From Candidatus Tharpella aukensis (GTDB taxonomy: Bacteria > Desulfobacterota > Anaeroferrophillalia > Anaeroferrophillales > Tharpellaceae), in the NCBI GenBank assembly GCA_021163445.1, contig JAGGWR010000070.1, forward strand, positions 1-38,684: a stretch of 38,684 nucleotides of DNA. Reading direction: 5' to 3'. The position numbers and the translations under genes were made by a program. How positions within the stretch are numbered: the first letter of the stretch is position 1; each line of letters begins with the position of its first letter. Under the pieces are notes generated by a model. That model was not told the origin of the DNA, searched no databases, and saw only the letters and a program-made list of their open reading frames with translations. Below are positions 1 to 7,946 of this stretch, piece by piece.

Positions 1-43
1 ATAATACATAAGTATATGAAATGTCAATATTTTTTACGTCCCA

Positions 44-961
44 TTGTGTCCCAAGTTTTCACGTCTTATTCTTTCTCCTTATCAGGTGCGTGGTGCCTTT
101 GCCAACTATGTCAATCTGCTCAAGTCCGATTTTAAATCTATTGCCGCCAGCGGCTGGGGGCCGGAACTGATTCCCGATGAGGAAATTTTGCACAGTCAAT
201 TTCCTGAAATTCTCGAAGATATGGAGCAGGCCCAAGCCCGCTTGACTGAGTTGCAGGCCCTGTTCAGTGCCGCCGATGAAGAAGATTTTGAAGACACGGA
301 AAACACCGGCGTCATGGCTGGTGACGAGGTGAAAGGCAAAAAGGAGGAGCTCAAAACTTTTAATTGTGAATGGAAAACGCAGCTCAAAGAACTGAAAGCC
401 CTGGCGGCCAATATTTTTACCGAAATCAAAGTCGCCGGACTGCTGCCAAGTGGTACAAAGAAAGGTTATTATTGTACGGATGGCCTGAGTCAAAAAGAGC
501 CGCAATTTGAGAATGGCAAACGCATTCTCGATTTAGCTGTTCAGGTGCGACACTTCTCCGAGTTTGCCGAACCACTTAGTCAGATAATAGAACAGGGTGC
601 AGTGGCCCGAGAACAAGCTCAGAAACTTGAACAAAGTTTGGCTCGACACAAAGTCTTGGAGGATGAGGTCAAGATCTTGAAAGCCACAATCAAAGGTATT
701 GAAAACAGACGCGATGAATTGGTCGCAAGTGCGCGGCAGAAGATTTCTCGCGACGAGGCCCGGATCGTGATTATCGAACGGTTGTGCCAAGTATTGATGA
801 ACACTTATCAGGCCTATCTCCGGGCCGACCAGCGCGCTTGCATCAAGGCGATTGAAAATCTGTGGAGTAAATACGCCGTAACGGCCAAGACGATTGAAGC
901 AGAGCGGGGTGCGGCCTCAGAGCAGCTGAATGCGTTTCTGGTGGAGTTGGGGTATGAGTGA
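44..961 (+). CDS. hsdM: Type I restriction-modification methyltransferase subunit (HsdM), C-terminal ~300 aa only. The 5' catalytic part is missing or interrupted at the window edge.
   Basis: The ORF ends at TGA 959-961. From memory, its translation (YQVRGAFANYVNLLKSDFKSIAASGWGPELIPDEEIL ... AIENLWSKYAVTAKTIEAERGAASEQLNAFLVELGYE) matches the coiled-coil C-terminal extension of long type I M subunits. The stop overlaps the hsdS ATG (ATGAGTGA). In-frame stops at 2-4 and 14-16 and a visibly AT-rich first ~85 nt show that the N-terminal methylase domain is not contiguous here. Confidence 0.6.
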   Translation: MCPKFSRLILSPYQVRGAFANYVNLLKSDFKSIAASGWGPELIPDEEILHSQFPEILEDMEQAQARLTELQALFSAADEEDFEDTENTGVMAGDEVKGKKEELKTFNCEWKTQLKELKALAANIFTEIKVAGLLPSGTKKGYYCTDGLSQKEPQFENGKRILDLAVQVRHFSEFAEPLSQIIEQGAVAREQAQKLEQSLARHKVLEDEVKILKATIKGIENRRDELVASARQKISRDEARIVIIERLCQVLMNTYQAYLRADQRACIKAIENLWSKYAVTAKTIEAERGAASEQLNAFLVELGYE

Positions 962-2218
962 TTGGGTAATAAATCAGCTAGGGGACTTGGTTGATTTTCA
1001 AAAAGGAAGAAAGGTTGAAACAAGTCAGTTTCAGCTATTAGGATCTGAACGATATTTGGGCGCTAGCTCGCTTGTCGGTGGTCACGATGGATATGCATCA
1101 ACTTTTCAATCAGTTCAAGCAAATAAAAATGATGTATTGATGCTTTGGGATGGCGAACGAAGTGGTTTGGTGGGGCATGGTTTGTTGGGGGTCGTGTCAT
1201 CAACCGTCTCAAAACTTTCCTCTAATGGGAAAATCACAAGTAGCTTACTTTACTACTATCTGTTACAAAATTTTGAATGGATTCAGAACCGAAGAACTGG
1301 AACCGGAGTGCCTCATGTGCCAAAAGATTTGGCACGAATCCTCAAACTAAAATATCCTGTAGACGAAAAGCACCAAAAAATCATTGTTTCAATTTTAGAA
1401 ACCATCGATCGATCCATCGAAAAAACTGAAGCCATCATCCACAAATACCAGCAAATCAATGCGGGGTTAATGCACGACTTGTTTACCCGTGGCCTCACCG
1501 CCGATGGCAAACTCCGCCCCCATAGAGAACAAGCCCCGGAGCTCTATCAAGAAACCTCCATCGGTTGGATTCCGAGGGAGTGGAAAGCTAAAAAGTTAAG
1601 TGACATTTTAATTGATTCAGGTGGTTATTTGCAAACAGGCCCTTTTGGCAGCCAACTTCATGCCCGTGAATATACGAGCGAAGGTGTGCCAGTAGTAATG
1701 CCGCAAGATATCAATGGCGGGAAAATTGGAATTCTCGACATTGCAAGAATTCCTGAAAAGCGGGCACAAATTCTTCACCGGCACAGATTGAAAATTGGTG
1801 ACATTATTATAGCAAGGCGTGGTGAGCTAAATAGAGCTGCTGCAATAACGGAGATCGAGAAAAATTGGGTTTGTGGGACAGGTTGTTTTTTGTTGAGGTT
1901 GGGGGGGGTAAATTAGATGCAAGGTTTTTTTCTTACGCATACCAACATGATGTAGTGCAACGTCAAGTTGCAGGCTTAGCAGTCGGAACAACAATGCCTA
2001 GTTTAAATAATGCTGTCATGAATGCTTTATATTTTCCATATGTTGGAATAAACGAACAGAAGAGAATTACCGAACGATTAGAGGTGGTAGAGCACCAAAT
2101 TGAGTCATTGCTTAAACATGATGTGAAACTCAAAAAACAAAAATCCGGCCTCATGTATGACCTCCTCACCGGTAAAGTATCCGTCACCATCACTCAAGAG
2201 GGGGTCGCCTATGACTAA
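954..2218 (+). pseudogene. hsdS: Type I R-M specificity subunit HsdS (two target-recognition domains), split by a frameshift in a G8 run
   Basis: ATG at 954 (MSDWVINQLGDLVDFQKGRK). The order is TRD1, central conserved helix (KIIVSILETIDRSIEKTEAIIHKYQQINAGLMHDLFTRG), TRD2, then C-terminal conserved helix (EQKRITERLEVVEHQIESLLKHDVKLKKQKSGLMYDLLTGKV). The first frame stops at 1914-1916 just after G8 (1901-1908). The rest of TRD2 and the C-terminal helix continue in another frame to 2218. G9 (or G6) would give ...FLLRLGGGKLDARFFSY... as one ORF. Confidence 0.8.
1901..1908 (+). repeat. G8 homopolymer inside hsdS, at the frameshift site
   Basis: Direct count in ttgaggtt-GGGGGGGG-taaattag. The two hsdS reading frames switch exactly here. 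Confidence 0.9.
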
Positions 2219-2246
2219 CTTAAATTTAAAAAATACCGGTAACCAC

Positions 2247-2395
2247 TCAGCGTGTTTGACCATATAGCTACAGTAAATGGAGACAAACGTTGCTTCGCTT
2301 ACTTTGAGGGGGACACAGCTCAGCTCGTCGCGGGCTGAAGCCCGGTCTGGAGGTATGTCCCCGTATCGAGACAGTCCGAAACCAGAACACGCTGA
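2247..2395. other. Structured non-coding segment bounded by an inverted repeat (function unknown)
   Basis: A perfect 10-bp inverted repeat, TCAGCGTGTT (2247-2256) / AACACGCTGA (2386-2395), encloses two nested helices. These are GGGGACA (2309-2315) / TGTCCCC (2356-2362) and CGGGC-TGAA-GCCCG (2331-2344). No ORF of 60 aa or more lies in it, and I recognised no protein motif in six-frame reading. Confidence 0.4.
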
Positions 2396-2445
2396 AGAAG
2401 AAGTTCTAAAATGTTTTGCTTAATCTACTTCAACCTGCCGAGATT

Positions 2446-2492
2446 GGGGTCATTGCTGGTACTAGGTGCGTTAGCACCCCAGCTTTGACCCC
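2446..2492 (+). other. Interrupted GC-rich stem-loop (17 bp in total)
   Basis: The paired segments are GGGGTCA (2446-2452) / TGACCCC (2486-2492), GCTGG (2455-2459) / CCAGC (2479-2483), and GGTGC (2465-2469) / GCACC (2474-2478) with loop GTTA. It is followed only by a weak T tract (GTTTAT), so a terminator role is uncertain. Confidence 0.5.
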
Positions 2493-2539
2493 GTTTATGA
2501 GGGCGAAGCAAAGTTTGCACTATTTGTTGTCGCTTTATA

Positions 2540-2739
2540 GTGATTAGTCGAATATTTATAAAATCAGTATGTTCCATTTTGGAACATACTGCTGCATAGG
2601 GCAAAATCTATCACACTTAACATTCCGGATTTGGGCAGTCATGAGCCAGAAAAACATTTTTAAAGCCGGTGAGTTGGATAAAGATTCAGTTATTTCCATT
2701 TTGGAAACAACTCGGCAAGAAGGTTTTACACATGTCTGA
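2540..2739 (+). pseudogene. Decayed, partly duplicated remnant of a RhuM-family gene between hsdS and hsdR
   Basis: Three translated pieces resemble the conserved RhuM block as I recall it (...HLKNIFxxGELxxxSV......TAADGKxY....QFRIWAT). They are VISRIFIKSVCSILEHTAA*GKIYHT* (2540-2620), TFRIWA (2620-2637) and MSQKNIFKAGELDKDSVISILETT (2641-2712). Stops, frame changes and the duplicated SVxSILExT piece indicate decay. Confidence 0.45.
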
Positions 2740-5700
2740 ATACACCGAAGTCGAGCAGCCGTTTCTTGAGCAGCTTAAAACCCTGGGCTGGACAGCTATT
2801 GATCAGGGGGCTGAGATTCCTCATGATCCGAGCAAGAGCCTGCGTCAAAACTTTCGTCAGTGGCTCCTGCCCGAGGTCTTTGTCGAAGCCGTGGCTGCAA
2901 TTAATACCACGGCGGCGGGTGAAAAATGGTTGACCGAAAAACAACTGCATGACCTCCACGACCTAATTTTACGCCAACCCAACCGCACCCTGCTGGAGGC
3001 TAACGAGGCTTTTCAAAAGCTGTTGTTTAAAGCTCAGGTGGATGTTAACGAGATTTCCGGTGAGCAAGACCCGGTGGTCAAAATTATTGATTTCACCAAT
3101 CCCGAAAACAACCAATTTCACGCTATTAACCAGTTTCGTATTGGTACACCGGGTTGCGTTAAGCAGTTTATCATTCCCGATATTGTCCTTTTTGTCAACG
3201 GCATTCCTCTGGCCGTGGTCGAGTGTAAAAAGGGTGGGCCGACCTGCGTCAATCCTATGAATGAAGCCTTTGAGCAACTGCAGCGTTATATGAATAAACG
3301 TAAGGATACTTTACAGCAAGGCTTGAAAGAGGGTGAACAGCGCTTATTTCATACTTCGTTGTTGTTGATTCGTACCTGTGGTCTCAAAGCCGATTTTGGC
3401 ACGATTACTTCCGGTATCGAGCACTTCTTTTCCTGGAAAACCCAGTGGCCGAATGAAGAATCCACGGCTGACGGCATGAATCAGCAAGAGCAACTTATTG
3501 CCGGTATGTTGAACCGACACAACTTGCTGAAAATTCTCCGGACGGCATCGGTATTTATGGATACCGACGGCGGCCAGCGAATTAAAGTGGTTTGTCGTTA
3601 TCAGCAATTTCGAGCGGCGGGCAAAATATGTGAACGGTTGCGGGGTGGTGGGACTTCGGCTCAAAAGAGTGGCGTGGTCTGGCATACCCAGGGATCGGGA
3701 AAATCGCTGACTATGGTTTTTGTCGCGCGGATGATGCGAACCTCGAAAGAATTGAACGATTTTAAGATAGTTTTGGTCAATGACCGGATTGATCTGGAAG
3801 ACCAACTCAGTAAAACCGCGACCCTGATCGGCGGTCGGGTCAATATCATCGAAAACAGCAAAGACCTGCGGCGGCAATTAGCACCCGACAGCTCTGATAT
3901 TAATATGGTGATGATCCATAAGTTTCAGCAGCGCGAGACTAGTTTAAGTCTGAAAGTTGCCGAAGCTTTAGGCACCTATCTGGCGATGCCGGCGGGTAAG
4001 GCTTTTGGCATCGTCAATGATTCAGAGCGTATTATTTTAATGATTGATGAAGCTCACCGGACTCAAGGGTCAGACCTTGGTGATAATATCTTTGAAGCAT
4101 TTCCCAATGCGGTGAGGATCGCTTTTACCGGAACGCCCTTGATTACCGAACGCCACGGCGAAAAGAAAACTCATAAACGTTTTGGTCAATATATTGATAC
4201 CTACCGCCTAATGGATGCGGTAGCCGACGGTGCGACGTTACAGATTCTTTATGAAGGAAAAACCGCCGATGCCGCCCTTAATGATAAGCACGGTTTTGAA
4301 ACCTCTTTTGAGGATCTGTTTAAGGACCGCAGTGAAGAAGAGTTGCTGGCTATAAAGAAAAAATATGGTGCCACCGGTGATATTCTGGAAGCAGAGAAGC
4401 GGATTGTGGCGATTGCCGAGGATCTGGTGGATCACTACATTAGCCATATTTTGCCTAACGGTTTTAAGGCCCAGGTGGTTTGCCATTCCAAATTAGCGGC
4501 CTGGCGCTATCAAAAAGCGATTCAAGAGGCTTTGCAGAAACAGTTGGCATTGGCTAAGGCTAAAGCGCTTCCTGATTTAGAGCTGATCAAAAAAATTGCC
4601 TTTTTGAAAGCCGTGGTTGTGGTTTCGGGTGATGGCACCAATGAGGCGGCCTATCTTACTAAAACGCGGAGAGAGGCCAAGGAGTGGAATGCGGTTGATA
4701 ATTTTTGCCGACCATTTGATCTGAACGATCCAGATAAGGAATACACCGGTATCGCCTTTTTAATCGTTTGCGATATGCTGCTTACCGGTTTTGATGCGCC
4801 GATTGAGCAGGTCATGTATATCGATAAAAAAATTCGGGAGCATACCCTGCTCCAGGCGATAGCTCGCACCAATCGGGTCAAAGCCGGTAAAAAACGGGGC
4901 TATGTGGTGGACTATATCGGTCTGGCCAACCATCTTACCGAAGCTCTGACGCTTTATGCGGCCAGCGATGAGCAGGAAGAACTGGCCCAAGGGCTGAAAA
5001 GTATTACTTCTGAAATGCCGGTTTTGGAAGAGCGTTACCAGCGTCTGTTGCAACTGTTTTCTGAGAATTCTGTGAAAAAAGTCAGGTTGGTGGCGGATTT
5101 TGTTCAGGGTGAATTGCCGGATGTAGAGGCTGATGCCGCCGTTGTCCATGAAGCTGTCTGTTTGTTAAAAGATGAAAAAATCAGGGCCGACTTTGATGTC
5201 TACTTGAAAAAGTTTTTGCTGAGTATGGATATTATTCTGCCCCACCAGGCTGCACATCCTTACCGGGTACCGGCAAAACGATTTGGTTATATTTTACGAG
5301 TCGCCAAAGAGCGTTATAAAGATAGCAGTTTGGATTTAGGCGATGCCGGTCAAAAGGTAAAAGAGCTGATTAACGCTCATTTGATTAGTTTAGGCATCAA
5401 TCCCATGGTGCCGCCTGTGGAGCTTTTGGCCGATGATTTTATCGAACATCTGCATCAGCACGCAGCCGGTAACCTTGAGGCCAAAGCCAGTGAAATGGAA
5501 CATGCCATCCGTAAACACTGCACGGTGCATCATGATGAAGATCCGGCTTTTTATAAGAGTTTATCTGAAAAGGTAGAGAATTTGATCGACAAGTATCAGG
5601 ATCAATGGGATCTGCTGGCCGATGAATTGGAAAAACTCCGAACTGAGGCGCTAGCGGGCCGCAGGGCTGGCGAAGATGGGATGAGTAAGGAAGCCACCAC

Positions 5701-5992
5701 TTTTTATGCGCATATTGCCCAAGTCTTTGCCGATGGCAAAATCCCCAGTGCTGCCAAGGCTAAAATGAAGATTTTGATGGAGGCGATTGTTGATATTTTG
5801 CAAGAGAGTATTGGCAGTATTGATTTCTGGACCAATGCCGACAAACAGAAGAAAACCCGCAGCCGGATTAAAACCGCTTTGTTGCTGACCGGTATTAATG
5901 AACTCAAGCAAAACCGAGAGCGGGTAGCGGTAGAAATAATGAAGTTGGCTAAGAATCGCCATGATGAATTACTAAAGGGTCGTACAAAGTGA
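2732..5992 (+). CDS. hsdR: Type I restriction enzyme R subunit (HsdR), apparently intact, 1086 aa
   Basis: ATG at 2732 (MSEYTEVEQPFLEQLKTLGW). It has a PD-(D/E)xK nuclease motif (IIPDIVLFVNGIPLAVVECKK), helicase motif I (HTQGSGKSLTM) and motif II (LMIDEAHRTQ). The GTG at 2669 in the ORF track is an unlikely start. Confidence 0.92.
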   Translation: MSEYTEVEQPFLEQLKTLGWTAIDQGAEIPHDPSKSLRQNFRQWLLPEVFVEAVAAINTTAAGEKWLTEKQLHDLHDLILRQPNRTLLEANEAFQKLLFKAQVDVNEISGEQDPVVKIIDFTNPENNQFHAINQFRIGTPGCVKQFIIPDIVLFVNGIPLAVVECKKGGPTCVNPMNEAFEQLQRYMNKRKDTLQQGLKEGEQRLFHTSLLLIRTCGLKADFGTITSGIEHFFSWKTQWPNEESTADGMNQQEQLIAGMLNRHNLLKILRTASVFMDTDGGQRIKVVCRYQQFRAAGKICERLRGGGTSAQKSGVVWHTQGSGKSLTMVFVARMMRTSKELNDFKIVLVNDRIDLEDQLSKTATLIGGRVNIIENSKDLRRQLAPDSSDINMVMIHKFQQRETSLSLKVAEALGTYLAMPAGKAFGIVNDSERIILMIDEAHRTQGSDLGDNIFEAFPNAVRIAFTGTPLITERHGEKKTHKRFGQYIDTYRLMDAVADGATLQILYEGKTADAALNDKHGFETSFEDLFKDRSEEELLAIKKKYGATGDILEAEKRIVAIAEDLVDHYISHILPNGFKAQVVCHSKLAAWRYQKAIQEALQKQLALAKAKALPDLELIKKIAFLKAVVVVSGDGTNEAAYLTKTRREAKEWNAVDNFCRPFDLNDPDKEYTGIAFLIVCDMLLTGFDAPIEQVMYIDKKIREHTLLQAIARTNRVKAGKKRGYVVDYIGLANHLTEALTLYAASDEQEELAQGLKSITSEMPVLEERYQRLLQLFSENSVKKVRLVADFVQGELPDVEADAAVVHEAVCLLKDEKIRADFDVYLKKFLLSMDIILPHQAAHPYRVPAKRFGYILRVAKERYKDSSLDLGDAGQKVKELINAHLISLGINPMVPPVELLADDFIEHLHQHAAGNLEAKASEMEHAIRKHCTVHHDEDPAFYKSLSEKVENLIDKYQDQWDLLADELEKLRTEALAGRRAGEDGMSKEATTFYAHIAQVFADGKIPSAAKAKMKILMEAIVDILQESIGSIDFWTNADKQKKTRSRIKTALLLTGINELKQNRERVAVEIMKLAKNRHDELLKGRTK

Positions 5993-6696
5993 ATGCCCGA
6001 CGCATAAAAGATATTGATTACCAACTGTTGCCCGGTACAGATCGCAAAACGACGGATATTGTCATTGAGCGTAATGGTTCTATTGCCGTGCGCCCACCCC
6101 GAGGTTTAAGTCCGGAACAGGTGGACGCTGTAGTTGAAAGCAAGCGCTTATGGATATATAAGAATTTGGCCGAATGGCGTGATTTGAACGTCACGGCAGT
6201 GGTGCGAGAATGGGTCAATGGTGAAACATTTATCTATTTAGGGAGATCTTATCGCTTGGCCTTGGTTGCTGATCAGGATGTTGACTTGAAACTGAAAGAG
6301 GGTCGTTTTTGTTTGAAACGATTACTGATTGAGCAAGGTGGGGAAAGTGCGGCAAGGCGGGCTTTTGAAGTGTTTTACTCAACCAAAGGTGAAAAACGTA
6401 TAAGCCAACGGGTTGCGGAGTTTGCCCCGAAGGTTGGGGTCGTTCCATCAGGGACGGCGGTTAAAGGTCTGGGCTACCGCTGGGCTAGCTGTACTAAGGG
6501 TAATACGCTGGTTTTTCATTGGAAGTGCATGATGGCACCGCCAAAAATTATCGATTACATGGTAGTTCATGAGTTATGCCACCTGCACCAGCGAGATCAT
6601 TCAGATGCTTTTTGGAATGAAGTGGACAAGGTGATGCCCGATTATCGCGAGCGCAAGTTGTGGTTAAGAAGGCATGGTGCGGGGTTGGATTTGTAA
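5989..6696 (+). CDS. DUF45/YgjP-type (M48-like) zinc metallopeptidase
   Basis: GTG at 5989 overlaps the hsdR stop (GTGA). HExxH motif in MVVHELCHLHQRDHSDAFW. The length (235 aa) and layout fit the YgjP/DUF45 family. Confidence 0.8.
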   Translation: MNARRIKDIDYQLLPGTDRKTTDIVIERNGSIAVRPPRGLSPEQVDAVVESKRLWIYKNLAEWRDLNVTAVVREWVNGETFIYLGRSYRLALVADQDVDLKLKEGRFCLKRLLIEQGGESAARRAFEVFYSTKGEKRISQRVAEFAPKVGVVPSGTAVKGLGYRWASCTKGNTLVFHWKCMMAPPKIIDYMVVHELCHLHQRDHSDAFWNEVDKVMPDYRERKLWLRRHGAGLDL

Positions 6697-6736
6697 ATGT
6701 ATAAAAAGGGTCGCCCATTTTTTCTTAGGTGAAATT

Positions 6737-6919
6737 TTACGATGGGTCTGGTCTCTTTTTGGCAGCAAACATTAGGCAGGGTTTGCCTGAAGTGCTTAAG
6801 ACCACCTGGGCTGGATTATTTTTTGATTTGAATGAGTAGGCCCGGCAGCCGTACGGCTTTTTGGGGTCGTAGGTGACATAGTAGTGGCGGCATTGACGGC
6901 AGGATGGTTGTTGGGACAT
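6737..6919 (-). CDS. Small Cys-rich hypothetical protein (60 aa from the ATG)
   Basis: MSQQPSCRQCRHYYVTYDPKKPYGCRAYSFKSKNNPAQVVLSTSGKPCLMF, with a CxxC pair plus two further Cys. It lies just downstream of the SurA-like gene on the same strand. The ORF track starts it at GTG 6952, but ATG 6919 is preferred. Confidence 0.5.
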   Translation of the reverse strand: MSQQPSCRQCRHYYVTYDPKKPYGCRAYSFKSKNNPAQVVLSTSGKPCLMFAAKKRPDPS

Positions 6920-6955
6920 GGCGGCAATCTTTAATGTTTTGTTTTTGGTCACGCA

Positions 6956-7936
6956 CTACTTCATAATCTTAACACTATATTCGCGGCGTAGATCCCGGCC
7001 CATATTTTTCATGGATTTTGTCAGTTTTTCATCGTAAAGTTTTTCTTTGACCTGCTCTTCAGCTTCCGGCGTCAGCGAGTGCTCTTCATCTTTACCGGTA
7101 CGGTTGGTGATCATTATCATGTGGTAACCGAGTGAGGTTTTGATAACTTTACTGGGTTTATTCAAAGGCTGTTCGTAAGCCACCTCTTCGATCTCCTCAA
7201 GCAGGTTGCCGCGTTTGAATGTACCCAGGCGTCCGCCTTTGGCCGCCGCCGGGCCTTCTGAATACTCACTTGCAAGAGCAAAGAAATTTTCGTCATTTTT
7301 CAGGCGTTTATGGAGATCTTTCCAGAGTTCATCATCTTTTCCCGCCGCCGCATGAGCCGAACTGGTGGGGATGAAGATCTGGGCCAGAGTGACACTCTCT
7401 TCGGTGCTTAAAAGATCGTGTTTCTTCGCGTAGTTGAGGATCTCCTGCTGGGTGATAATAATGTTGGATTTGATCTCTTTGGAGACAAATTTGGCTTTGA
7501 GCAGGTCGCTGGCGATTTTGTTTCGGTAGGAGGTGAAGTCAAGGTTTTGCGCGGCGAGGGCTTTTTCAAGTGTCTCCTTATCCATACGGTTCTGTTGAAG
7601 TACCCTTTCTATAGTCTCATTGACCTCTTCATCGCCGATGCCGATACCTAGAGAGGCCGCTTTCCGGGCGATCAGGAGGTTGTCGATAAGTTCATCAAGC
7701 GCTTTTTTGATGATCGCATTTTGTTCCTTTACCGGAAGAGCCAGGAAATCTTCCTGGCGATATTCAACCGAGATCGCCTGGCGCAGGTTCATCGATGTAA
7801 TGACTTGATTATCGACGATTGCCATAACTCGATTGACAATGCGAGCCTGGGTCAAATGGGGGAAGAGTGACAAGGTAAAAACAATCAATAAAAAACTGAA
7901 AATTATTTTACCGGGGACAATTATTTTATTCTTCAT
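6956..7936 (-). CDS. SurA-like periplasmic chaperone / parvulin-type peptidyl-prolyl isomerase
   Basis: N-terminal signal sequence (MKNKIIVPGKIIFSFLLIVFTLSL). A SurA-N-like region (VMAIVDNQVITSMNL...) is followed by a parvulin domain (SEYSEGPAAAKGGRLGTFKRG...SLGYHMIMI). Confidence 0.8.
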   Translation of the reverse strand: MKNKIIVPGKIIFSFLLIVFTLSLFPHLTQARIVNRVMAIVDNQVITSMNLRQAISVEYRQEDFLALPVKEQNAIIKKALDELIDNLLIARKAASLGIGIGDEEVNETIERVLQQNRMDKETLEKALAAQNLDFTSYRNKIASDLLKAKFVSKEIKSNIIITQQEILNYAKKHDLLSTEESVTLAQIFIPTSSAHAAAGKDDELWKDLHKRLKNDENFFALASEYSEGPAAAKGGRLGTFKRGNLLEEIEEVAYEQPLNKPSKVIKTSLGYHMIMITNRTGKDEEHSLTPEAEEQVKEKLYDEKLTKSMKNMGRDLRREYSVKIMK

Positions 7937-7946
7937 ATCTATTTTT

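Noticed and set aside
31-43. A 13-nt identity (TATTTTTTACGTC) between the window start and the flank of repeat copy B (34984-34996). There are also loose similarities between nt 1-90 and the cheA-cheW spacer.
   Set aside because: A T-rich 13-mer match is within chance expectation for a 38.7-kb window. The surrounding sequence does not align colinearly.
2247-2395. Retron msr/msd or integron attC interpretation of the inverted-repeat-bounded segment.
   Set aside because: There is no reverse transcriptase or integrase gene in the window. The arm ends have GTT...AAC polarity, opposite to the attC RYYYAAC...GTTRRRY layout. Only the generic feature (flanking inverted repeats) fits.
2411-2488. A 25-codon hydrophobic ORF (MFCLIYFNLPRLGSLLVLGALAPQL) as a possible type I toxin.
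   Set aside because: It has only a weak purine-rich stretch upstream, no charged tail and no obvious antisense partner. It also overlaps the 2446-2492 hairpin, which alone explains the sequence. The evidence is too thin to call.
6700-6726. Possible bidirectional terminator (AAAAAGGGTCGCCCATTTTTT) between the peptidase gene and the convergent small ORF.
   Set aside because: The stem is only 3-4 bp (GGG/CCC), which is too weak to call with confidence.
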